Source of the DNA: Fretibacterium sp.
GTDB lineage: Bacteria > Synergistota > Synergistia > Synergistales > Aminobacteriaceae
Length of the DNA stretch: 11,138 bases
Direction: 5' to 3'
Assembly (NCBI GenBank): GCA_017476945.1
Contig: JAFUYV010000061.1
Location: forward strand, 1-11,138
The notes under the pieces were generated by a model. That model saw only the letters and a program-made list of their open reading frames with translations. It was not told the origin of the DNA and searched no databases. Each line of letters begins with the position of its first letter. Position 1 is the stretch's first letter. Below are positions 1 through 8,400 of the stretch, one piece after another. Made by a program: the position numbers and the translations under genes.

Positions 1-837
<837 letters not shown>

Positions 838-857
838 AAAAAGACCTCTTTCTTAAG

Positions 858-900
858 CAAAATTCTCAAATTTTTCCTATAGCATTTATTGTTTCCGGTA
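858..900 (-). promoter_or_regulatory. Possible sigma70-type promoter for alaS (extended -10 TGcTATAGG with an upstream TTTACC). The match is weak.
   Basis: The minus-strand sequence is GGTTTACCGGAAACAATAAATGCTATAGGAAAAATTTGAGAATTTTGCTTAAGAAAGAGGTCTTTTTGATG. TGn-TATAGG sits about 45 nt upstream of the alaS ATG, but the -35 match is poor. Only 73 nt separate the toxin stop from the alaS start, which leaves no room for a T-box leader. Confidence 0.2.
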
Positions 901-910
901 AACCTCGCGC

Positions 911-1159
911 CTATGGCCCCAGCCAGACGACAAGGACAATCAAGACGTCATCCTTTATCTGGCAGACAAGGCGGTAATCCCCAACGCGATACTTCCAAAG
1001 GCCGGAAAGCGAACCACGGAGCGGCGCACCTTTTGTGCGGGGATTGTCGGATTCACGCAGACGCCGGACATACTGCCTGATACGTTCTCTTGCGGTTCTG
1101 TCCAACCTCAGAAGCGCGTCTTGCGCCTTCTCCTGAAACTCTACTTTCCATCGCGTCAA
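911..1159 (-). CDS. Type II toxin, RelE/ParE (RelE_StbE) family; the C-terminus appears truncated by a +1 frameshift
   Basis: ORF 911..1231 (-) contains (L)[81 protein letters not shown]. This aligns along its whole length with E. coli RelE (YFLDFDERALKEWRKL...KLRGMPDCYKIKLRSSGYRLVYQVIDEKVVVFVISVGKRERSEVY). The RelE fold begins at WKVEF, so I place the start at TTG 1159, although no clear RBS precedes it. The ORF stops after ...VVWLGP. The next frame continues with [10 protein letters not shown], which is the canonical RelE C-terminal tail. Confidence 0.6.
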   Translation of the reverse strand: MTRWKVEFQEKAQDALLRLDRTARERIRQYVRRLRESDNPRTKGAPLRGSLSGLWKYRVGDYRLVCQIKDDVLIVLVVWLGP

Positions 1160-1247
1160 GAGCGTCTGGCGTCCGGCGGCTGGCCCTGCTCTCGAGGGCA
1201 AGGCGATCCGGAATGTCCGGCGCAACCTCAAAGGTCATCTGCGGCAT
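1053..1247 (-). CDS. Putative RHH-type antitoxin (RelB/ParD-like). Its 3' half overlaps the toxin ORF, so the extent is uncertain.
   Basis: A strong RBS AGGAGG sits 7 nt upstream of ATG (complement of 1245-1247). That ATG overlaps the SPFH gene stop as ATGA, which suggests translational coupling. The N-terminus [35 protein letters not shown] fits a ribbon-helix-helix pattern (beta-strand TFEV, then a helix PDIPDRLALESRASRR). The remaining sequence, [27 protein letters not shown], overlaps the toxin frame by 107 nt and looks non-native. Confidence 0.35.
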   Translation of the reverse strand: MPQMTFEVAPDIPDRLALESRASRRTPDALDAMESRVSGEGARRASEVGQNRKRTYQAVCPASA

Positions 1248-2050
1248 CACTGCCCCTCCTTCGTGCCAAACGCCTTGTCGACAAACGGCTTGAGCAGGTC
1301 CATTGGGACGGGGAAGAACGTCGTGGTGTTGCGGTCGCCGGAGATCTCGCGGATGGTCTGGAGGTAGCGGAGCTGGAGCGTGATGGGGGAGACCTCCATT
1401 TGACGCGCGGCCTCGGAGAGCTTGGTGGCGGCCTGGAGCTCGCCCTCGGCGGAGATGATCTTGGCGCGGCGCTCACGTTCGGCCTCGGCCTGGCGGGCCA
1501 TGGCGCGCTTCATCCCCTCCGGCAGCTCCAGCTCCTTCACCTCCACGGCGCTGACCTTGATGCCCCACGGGTCGGTGCGCTCGTCGATAATCTTCTGGAG
1601 CTCCTGGTTGATCTTCTCGCGGGAGGACAGCACCTCGTCCAGCTCCACGGAGCCGACCACGGAGCGCAGCGTCGTCTGGGCAAGCTGGCTGGTCGCGACG
1701 ACATAGTTCTCCACCTCGACGACGGACTTGGAGGGCTCCAGCACTCGGAAGTACACGACGGCGTTGACCTTGATGGCCACGTTGTCCTTGGTGATGACCT
1801 CCTGAACGGGCACGTCCAGCGTCAGGATGCGCAGGTCCACCGTCACGGCCCGGTCAATGATGGGGACGATGAACACAATCCCCGGCCCACGGCTGCCCAC
1901 CAGCCGCCCCAGGCGGAAGAGGACCAGCCGCCGGTACTCCGGCACGATGCGCACGGCCATGGAAAGCACAAACAGCAGGATGAGCCCCGCCACGAACAGG
2001 CTGCCGATCTGGGAGAAGACGGACCCGATGTCGCTGATATCGATAATCAT
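1247..2050 (-). CDS. SPFH domain / band 7 family membrane protein (stomatin/prohibitin-like, QmcA-like)
   Basis: The translation [90 protein letters not shown]...[45 protein letters not shown]... contains an N-terminal TM helix followed by the canonical SPFH core. It is collinear with E. coli QmcA/YbbK. I place the start at ATG (complement of 2048-2050), with AGGGGGAG 8 nt upstream. The ORF-track start at 2110 lacks an RBS and would add 20 non-conserved residues. The stop is TGA at 1247-1249. Confidence 0.9.
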   Translation of the reverse strand: MIIDISDIGSVFSQIGSLFVAGLILLFVLSMAVRIVPEYRRLVLFRLGRLVGSRGPGIVFIVPIIDRAVTVDLRILTLDVPVQEVITKDNVAIKVNAVVYFRVLEPSKSVVEVENYVVATSQLAQTTLRSVVGSVELDEVLSSREKINQELQKIIDERTDPWGIKVSAVEVKELELPEGMKRAMARQAEAERERRAKIISAEGELQAATKLSEAARQMEVSPITLQLRYLQTIREISGDRNTTTFFPVPMDLLKPFVDKAFGTKEGQ

Positions 2051-2081
2051 AAAGAACACTCCCCCTTCAAGATTTAAGCCA

Positions 2082-2099
2082 GGGGGGTCAGGACCCCCC
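2082..2099 (-). promoter_or_regulatory. GC hairpin (GGGGGGT-cagg-ACCCCCC) in the 5' leader of the SPFH gene. It could be an attenuator or a weak terminator.
   Basis: A perfect 7-bp G/C stem with a 4-nt loop lies between the candidate -10 (2126-2131) and the RBS (about 2058-2065). No clear U-tract follows it. Confidence 0.3.
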
Positions 2100-2125
2100 G
2101 CAACCTCCAAGTTGATATGCCGGTT

Positions 2126-2154
2126 ATTATAGTTGAAGGGGGCGCGGGGCGCAA
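2126..2154 (-). promoter_or_regulatory. Candidate sigma70 promoter for the SPFH-TA(-alaS) transcription unit: -35 TTGCGC, 17-nt spacer, -10 TATAAT
   Basis: The minus strand has a perfect TATAAT (complement of 2126-2131). TTGCGC lies 17 nt upstream of it (complement of 2149-2154). The pair sits about 75 nt upstream of the SPFH start codon. Confidence 0.35.
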
Positions 2155-2245
2155 AGAGCCGGAACGGTGCGCTGTTTCACAAGAAGCGAGGTTGGACGTG
2201 ACGGGTGCGGCCTCCGGCCAGGGCTCGGTTCCCACCCGTTTCAAC

Positions 2246-2297
2246 AGCCCCGCGGCGCGAGCGCTCGGATAAGCCCCGCGGCGTGAGCGATTAGATA
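2246..2297. repeat. Tandem direct repeat of 26 bp, two copies: AGCCCCGCGGCGCGAGCGCTCGGATA / AGCCCCGCGGCGTGAGCGATTAGATA
   Basis: This is seen directly in the sequence. 22 of 26 positions are identical. The repeat lies in the intergenic region between gene A and the SPFH gene and abuts the palindrome at 2299-2332. The GATA end of each unit also begins the palindrome arm GATATC. Confidence 0.55.
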
Positions 2298-2298
2298 A

Positions 2299-2332
2299 GA
2301 TATCCCGCCGCCTTGGAGGGCAGCGGGATATC
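2299..2332 (-). terminator. Putative intrinsic terminator or palindromic site downstream of gene A: GATATCCCGC-N14-GCGGGATATC
   Basis: A perfect 10-bp inverted repeat with a 14-nt loop lies about 55 nt downstream of the gene A stop (2388) on the minus strand. A moderately T-rich TTATCTAAT follows it. The U-tract is imperfect, so it may instead be a protein-binding palindrome. Confidence 0.35.
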
Positions 2333-2387
2333 CCATTTCAGGAGGTTTTATAACAGATTAGATCGCACTTGTAATGAATGTGCCCGT

Positions 2388-5366
2388 TTACCATCGCTTC
2401 AACAAGGCCGCGCCGCCCAGCAGGGCCAGCCCAAGAAGGCCGCCGCCCAGCCCCGCGTCGCAGCCGCCGCTGCCATTGTTGCTGGTTGGGCTTTTCACTG
2501 ACGTCTCCTCGACGGTGATGTACTGATTGTACGTCGTCCCACCCTCAAGGTAGGCCGCCACGTTCAGCTCCGACGTTCCGTCGTACTCCTTTCCGTCAAC
2601 GACGTTCCCCTCGGTGTCCAGGAGCACCGCCGGCTCGCCCGTGTCGCTGGCGCCCGTGTCGGTGTCGGTTGCCGCTGTTTTGACGTCGGCCTCATCCAGC
2701 TTGCGGACATAGACGTACGGCTTGTCCCCCTTGTTCAAGCCCTTTGGCTTGCCAAGGCCGATGACGTGGACGCCCTCGTTCACCGCGGTGAACGGCACAA
2801 AGACAACCGCCAGTTTCTCCTTGGCGTTGTTGGTGTTCTTGAGCCCCTTATCGTCCTCCAGGTTCTTCTTGATATCCTGGTAGACGTTTTCAAGCTTCTC
2901 GGTCTCCGCCTCAAAGGGAGGGATGTCCTGGGAGCTCGCGAAGATCACCGGGGCGTCCTTCTGCTCGCTCGTCAGATTCAACCCCACGTAGGCCGGGGCG
3001 CTCTTGAAGTCCTCCGAAGTGGCGTACTTTGTCAACTTTGGAGCGTCGGCCACCGTGGTGACCGTCACGGAGTCGTCATCGCCCAGGTCCAGCGTCGTGC
3101 CCTCCTCCACGGGGTCCTCCGCGGGGGCGTAGACCGTGATGTCCACAGCGTAGAAGTAGGACGGATCCGACGGGTCGTTCACCGCCGCAAGGCGATAGGT
3201 GTTCGAGCCCGACGAGGGGACCGCGAGGCTGGCCGCGGCATTGCCGTCCGAGTCAAAGACCTTCGCCATGTTGGCGGGCGTCACGGCCCACGTTACAGTG
3301 GCGCCTCCCGTCGTCCCGGTGAAGTTGATGGCCGTGGCGGCCTCCTGCGCGCTGACGTCAGTATAAGCCAGGGAGCTCAGCGTCTTGCCGCCCAGGTCCG
3401 CCGAGGCCGCGGGGGCCACCGTGACCTCAAAGGCCTTGGTGTTTGTGCCCTGGGTCAGGGTGATGGTGATGGGCGTGAAAGCCGAGGACGGGATGTACTC
3501 GAAGGCGCCGATGCTGGGGGCGTTGGCGTTGCGCGCCCTGCCAAGCTGGTCCACCGACGGAGCCCCGCTTCCGGCGCCGCCCCTGATGAGGCTGGCGTCA
3601 GCGTTGGTGAGCTTGAAGTACGTCTGCTCGACGTCGTTCACCGTCTCGCTGGCGGACGCGCGGCCGCTCCAGCTCAGGTCCGTCACGCAGTCCGTGCCGG
3701 TGAGGGTGGTCGCCCCGGCTCCGTAAGCGCAGTTCGTCAGAGTCAGCGAGCCGCCATTGTAGGTGTTGACGCAGGGGGTTTTCTCGTTCCAGAGGATCGT
3801 GTTGACCAGGTTCAGCGTGCCGGTGGTGCTGTAGATCTCCGCTCCACCCTCAGCGGCCGTGGCCGTGTTCGACACAAAGGTGCAGTTCACGACCTTCGCC
3901 GTATCCTTGGTGACGTTGTAGCCGCAGACCCCGCCGCCATAGGTGGCCGTGTTGTCCGTGAAGGTGCTGTTCGTCACCGTGGAGGTCAGCTTAGAGTCCC
4001 CGTCGTCACGGAGCATCAGGCCGCCGCCCAGGGTCTCCACGCCGGTCACCGCGGCCGCCTTGTTGCCCGTGAAGGTGCAGTTCTCCACCATCGAGGTCAG
4101 CTTGTCGGCATAGGCACTGTCGAACATCCCCGCGCCGTAGGTCTGCGCGTTGGGGTTTGCGCCGTCCGGGGCTGTGTTCCTGATCTCATTGCCCTCAAAG
4201 CGGCAGTTCGTCACCGTGGAGGTCACGGGGCCGCCCACGGCCTCGTTGCAGATGCCCGCGCCGTTCGTGTCCGCCGTGTTGCCCTTGAACGTGCAGTTCT
4301 CCACCGTCACGGTGAGATCGTTGCCCTTTGTTAACTCAGCGTTCGTCTGGCTGTTGGCGGTGCCGTTCCAAATTCCGCCGCCGGACCCGCCGAAGGCCTT
4401 CGTTCCGTCCTTGGCCGCAACCGCCTTGTTGCCCGTGAACGTGCAGTCCTTGACGGTCACCTTCAGGACGCAGGCCTCCCGGCACCAATTATAGAGGCCG
4501 CCGCCTATGCAGGCCTCGTTGGAGTCGAACGTGCAGCCCGTCACCGTCGTGGTCAGCTTGCCGCCGGAGTGGATGGCGAAGTTGGCCATGCCGCCGCCGT
4601 CGTACCAGTTGCCTTTGTTCCCATCCGCGGTCTTGTTTCCCTTGAACGTGCAGTTCGTCACCGTGATGTCGATCTCGCCGTTCTGCTCCTCTGCGAGAAT
4701 CTTGGTGTCAATGGTGCCGTTGTACATCCCGCCGCCGTTGAAGGCCGTGTTGTCCTCGAAGGTACAGTTCGTCACCGTGGGCTTGAGGACGGCGCTGGTC
4801 GCCGCGCTGTGGGTGTACATCCCGCCGCCGTAGCCGTAGGCGCTGTTGCCCTTGAACGTGCAGTCCGTCACCGCGGGGGTGTAGGCGCCGCTCTGGGTCG
4901 CCGCGATCGCCAGGCCGCCGCCGTTGGCCCACTCCATGTGGCCGTCCGAGACGCTGACGGTGTCCGAGGTGTACTGATTGTTCTCAAAGATACAGCCCGT
5001 GATCGTCGGGCTGGCGTCCTCCACGTAGAGCCCCGCGCCTCCGTAGCCGTTGGCCTTGCTGTTGGCCGTGGAGTTCACGACCCCGCCCGTGATGGTGAGG
5101 TTCTTGATGGTGGCGTCGGCCGTGCACTTCAGGATACGGACGCTGCCGTTGCCCGTCAGCTTGTGGCCGTTGCCGTCAAGGGTGAGCGCACGCGTCACGT
5201 TCAGCGTCTCCGTCACGGTGATGTCCGCCGTCAGGGTGACGGTGCTGTCCGTGCCGGCAAGGGCCGTCTTGAGCGCGTCAAGCGTCCCCACCTCCGCCGC
5301 CCAGGCCGGCGGGGCCAGGAGCGCGCACAGCGCCAGGAGAAAAACCGCAATCCGCTTCGTCTTCAC
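2388..5366 (-). CDS. Large secreted cell-surface protein (992 aa). It has a Sec signal peptide, an N-terminal right-handed parallel beta-helix with polymorphic-membrane-protein (Pmp)-type repeats, Ig-like domains, and a C-terminal Cys-containing sorting signal with a TM helix.
   Basis: The start is GTG 5366, with an AAGGAGG RBS 9 nt upstream. The N-terminus is MKTKRIAVFLLALCALLAPPAWA|AEV. The protein has more than 12 repeats of the form TVTNCTF(K/E/T)GN...GGG(M/L)Y, which match the FxxN and GG[AG][ILMV] Pmp motifs. The beta-helix ends in ...DQLGRARNANAPSIGAFEY. The C-terminus is ...SNNGSGGCDAGLGGGLLGLALLGGAALLKRW*. Codon usage is high-GC throughout. Confidence 0.9.
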   Translation of the reverse strand: MKTKRIAVFLLALCALLAPPAWAAEVGTLDALKTALAGTDSTVTLTADITVTETLNVTRALTLDGNGHKLTGNGSVRILKCTADATIKNLTITGGVVNSTANSKANGYGGAGLYVEDASPTITGCIFENNQYTSDTVSVSDGHMEWANGGGLAIAATQSGAYTPAVTDCTFKGNSAYGYGGGMYTHSAATSAVLKPTVTNCTFEDNTAFNGGGMYNGTIDTKILAEEQNGEIDITVTNCTFKGNKTADGNKGNWYDGGGMANFAIHSGGKLTTTVTGCTFDSNEACIGGGLYNWCREACVLKVTVKDCTFTGNKAVAAKDGTKAFGGSGGGIWNGTANSQTNAELTKGNDLTVTVENCTFKGNTADTNGAGICNEAVGGPVTSTVTNCRFEGNEIRNTAPDGANPNAQTYGAGMFDSAYADKLTSMVENCTFTGNKAAAVTGVETLGGGLMLRDDGDSKLTSTVTNSTFTDNTATYGGGVCGYNVTKDTAKVVNCTFVSNTATAAEGGAEIYSTTGTLNLVNTILWNEKTPCVNTYNGGSLTLTNCAYGAGATTLTGTDCVTDLSWSGRASASETVNDVEQTYFKLTNADASLIRGGAGSGAPSVDQLGRARNANAPSIGAFEYIPSSAFTPITITLTQGTNTKAFEVTVAPAASADLGGKTLSSLAYTDVSAQEAATAINFTGTTGGATVTWAVTPANMAKVFDSDGNAAASLAVPSSGSNTYRLAAVNDPSDPSYFYAVDITVYAPAEDPVEEGTTLDLGDDDSVTVTTVADAPKLTKYATSEDFKSAPAYVGLNLTSEQKDAPVIFASSQDIPPFEAETEKLENVYQDIKKNLEDDKGLKNTNNAKEKLAVVFVPFTAVNEGVHVIGLGKPKGLNKGDKPYVYVRKLDEADVKTAATDTDTGASDTGEPAVLLDTEGNVVDGKEYDGTSELNVAAYLEGGTTYNQYITVEETSVKSPTSNNGSGGCDAGLGGGLLGLALLGGAALLKRW
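5298..5366 (-). other. Sec signal peptide of gene A (23 aa, predicted AWA|AE cleavage site)
   Basis: MKTKR is followed by a hydrophobic core IAVFLLALCALLA and then an AxA site (PPAWA). Confidence 0.55.
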
Positions 5367-5401
5367 TTTGAAAGACCTCCTTATAAATATGAAAGAAACT
5401 T

Positions 5402-5459
5402 GCCCCGAAGGGCGAAAAGACCTTCAGGGGAACCCCCCGCGGCCTGAGGGCCGCGGGGG
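5402..5459 (-). terminator. Hairpins in the B-A intergenic region. One is an 11-bp GC stem (CCCCCGCGGCC-tgag-GGCCGCGGGGG). A small GCCC-cgaa-GGGC hairpin follows it, and then comes T-rich sequence. Together they form a probable partial terminator or attenuator.
   Basis: The large hairpin begins 15 nt after the gene B stop (5474-5476). On the minus strand the small tetraloop hairpin is followed by AAGTTTCTTTCATATTTAT, immediately before the gene A RBS. Confidence 0.4.
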
Positions 5460-5473
5460 AAAACGCCCATTCG

Positions 5474-8400
5474 TCAGCCCCGCTTCCTCGCCAGGACGGG
5501 GAGCAACAGCAGCGCCAGGGTCGGGAGCCCGGCCGCGCACCCGCCGCCATCGTTGTTGGAGGAGACATCGCTGTTCTCGCCGCCGTCCCTGTCCTCGTCC
5601 GCGGGCGCGCCCTGCGTGAGGGAGACGTCCATCAGGACCTCCGCGCCGTCCTCCTCAAAGCCCGTCCGATATTGATAGGTGACCGCAGCCGGGGCCGAGG
5701 CAAAGCTGGCAACGCCCGTCTCGACGTCATAGATGACCGCGATCTCCCCGCCCGCGCTGTTGTAGCCCACGACACCCGTCACGTTGTCAAAGTCCGACGC
5801 GGAGAGCCGCGCCAGGCCGGCGATCCGCACCGTGCCCGCTCCCTCGGCCGCAACGACGGAGGCGCGGGTGTAAGCGCCGATGCGCACCTGGAAGACGTCT
5901 CCCTGCCTCTGGAAAGACAGGTCGGACCGCTTCTGCCCGCCGCAGTCCAGCCGCGTCAGGTAGGGGAAGAGGCTGCGGGGGACAAAAAGCGCGGCAAGGC
6001 CGTTGCCCTGGCAGAACAGCTCCTGAAGCTGGCGGCAGTCGTCCAGGCCCTTCAGGCTTGTCAGCTTGTTCGTGGAGCACTTCAGGCTCGTCAGCGACTT
6101 GCACTCCCTCACGTTCAGCTCCCCCAGCTTGTTGCTGCTGACGTCCAGCTCCGTCAGGTTTGTGCAGCCGCTCACGTCCAGGGACTCCAGCGCGCCGCAG
6201 TCGTTGGCCTTCAGCTCCGTCAGGGACTCGCAGTCCGCGGCCTTCAGCTCCGTCAGTGCGCCGCAGTCGCTCACGTCCAGCGTCTTGAGGTTCTCGCTGC
6301 CGCTGGCGTCCACCTTCTCCAGCACGGGGCTGCCCTTGGCGTCGACGGTCTCCAGGGCCTCGCATCCGCTCACGTTCAGGGACTTGAGGGACTCATTGCC
6401 GCTGGCGTTCACCGCCGTCAGATTCGGGCAGTCCCTCACGTTCAGCTCCGTCAGCGAGGGCAGCTCGGAGCCCGACAGGTCCACCTCGGTGATGTTCTCA
6501 TTTGCGGAGACCTCCAGCTTCGTGACCTCCTTCGCCAGCGCCTCACCCAGGTTGGAGACGAACTCGCTCACGCTGCCCGCCGACGCGTCGACGGCCAGGG
6601 AGAGGCCGCCGCCCGCCTCGCCGCCTGAGGGGGACTTGATGGCAAACGTGACCGTCTTCTTCCCCACCCCGCCCCCGCCGGTGGCCGTGACCACCAACGG
6701 ATAGGTCCCCGCCTCCGCCGGCGTGCCGGTGATGGTGTGGGTCACCGGGTCGAAGGTCAGGCCGCCGGGCAGCCCGCTCACGCTCCAGGCGTAGGACAGG
6801 CCGGCGGGACTGGCGGCCAGGGACATCTGCCCGGAGTACGCCTCCCCCGCCGTGGCGGAGGACGGGTTCAGGCTCGCCTGCGTGACGGAGACCTCCGCTG
6901 GGTTGACGGTGAGGGACAGAACCGCCTCGTTGGAACTCTCCCCTTCCACCGCGGCCCAGGCGTAGATGAGGAAGGTGCGGTTCGCCGTGGGCCTGCCGGA
7001 GATGGAGAACACGTCACCCGAGATCTTGCAGGTCATGCCCTCCGGGACGCCGCCCAGGACCCATTCGTACGTCATGCCCTCCGGCGCGACGGAGAGAGCC
7101 TGAGTGGCCGAGTACTCCTGGCCCACCGTCGCGTCGGGCAGGACAACCTGCGCGGGCGAGACCGTTATATCCTTAACCTCCAGCTCCAGATCTCTGGAGT
7201 CCACGCAGAGGACGCCGCCGTTGGTGAGCTGGGCCTCCACGTGAACGGTGTAGATCCCAGCGTAAAGGGGTTTGCCGCCGAGGACCGTCGTGCTCGTCTT
7301 CCCGCTCAGCGTCGTTTCACTGAGCGACAACAGGCCCTTTTCCTTGGAGATGAGTCTGTCGCTGCCCCTCACCAGCCATTTCATACTGCGCCCTGAGTCG
7401 CCGGCCACGTCCGCCTCCAGCAACGTGGAATACTCAAGGCCCCTAATGGCCGGAGGAAGGGACGTCGTCGTGATGGTGACAGCTGGGTTGACGGTGAGGG
7501 TAAACGTCCTGGTGTCCGAGAAGGACACGCCGTCCTTGCTGGCCGTGGCCCTGACGGTGATGAGGTAGGTCCCGACGGGGGTCGGGTGGCCGCTGATCTG
7601 ACCTAAATACCTATCCCCATCCAAATTGCCGATCGTCAGCCCCTCGGGTAAACCCTCGGCTTCCCAGCGCACATCCAAACCGGATGGGACCGTAGAAACC
7701 CACAGCGGATCGTTATAAGAGCTGCCCTCCTGGGTCGATTGGTCCCCCATCGAACTGGTGATTGTAACGCTGTACTTCCCGACGCTCACCTCGCCCCTGA
7801 GCGTTACCATCATGGCCTCGCCGCCCGCCAAGGCGGCTTCCGCCGGGGCCTTCGTGTCGTAGCGATAGGTGATGGATGTTGGCGCCGTGCCGTCCGCGAA
7901 CACAGCGACGCCCGTCGTGCCGTCGTAGGAGACGGCGGGGGTGCTTCCGTTCCACAGCACCTGGTCAACCCGGTCCAAAGCGCCCAGCGAGGACTCGACA
8001 AAGCTGCTGAGGTGGACCACACTGTCCACACCGGTGGTGGAGACGGTCAAACCGTTGGGGCGCGCCTGGCCGGAATAATCCACCGTGGTCAGCGCCGTGT
8101 TCTCCTCCAGCGCCAGGGCCGCGAGCTGGTTGTCCGAGCAGTCCAGCGTCTCCAGGCTCACGCAGTCGCTCAGGTCCAGCTTTGGCAGCGCGTTGGCGGA
8201 GCAATCCAAGGATGTCAGGTCGGCACACCCGCTGAGGTTCAAAACGGTCAATTTATTGCCAGAGCAATCCAAGCGCTCCAGGTTCACGCACGCGCTCACG
8301 TCCAGACGAGCCAGCTCATTGCCGGAGCAGTCCAGCTTCCTCAGGCCCTCGCACGTACTGAGGTCCAGCTCGACGAGCCCGTTGCCGGAGCAGTCCAGCT

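Noticed and set aside
838-1250. A T-box riboswitch leader upstream of alaS
   Set aside because: I could not find the conserved T-box element (AATTAGGGTGGNACCGCG) or a specifier/antiterminator arrangement. The region is occupied by the TA genes.
1121-2077. A 318-aa +strand ORF across the SPFH/TA region, plus the small ORFs 1090..1293, 1422..1706 and 1827..2132 (+) and 1228..1476 (-)
   Set aside because: They overlap the well-supported minus-strand SPFH and RelE genes. Their translations are Arg/Pro/Ser-rich and low-complexity.
2313-2501. A 62-aa +strand ORF overlapping the gene A 3' end and the palindrome
   Set aside because: It overlaps the gene A C-terminal sorting-signal codons in antisense, has no RBS, and is probably spurious.
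2766-4334. A 522-aa +strand ORF inside gene A, and others at 3385..3726, 4150..4494, 4507..4833, 4569..5447 and 5050..5619
   Set aside because: These are Arg/Gly/Val-rich antisense or out-of-frame shadows of the 992-aa beta-helix protein gene. None has an RBS or a recognizable domain.
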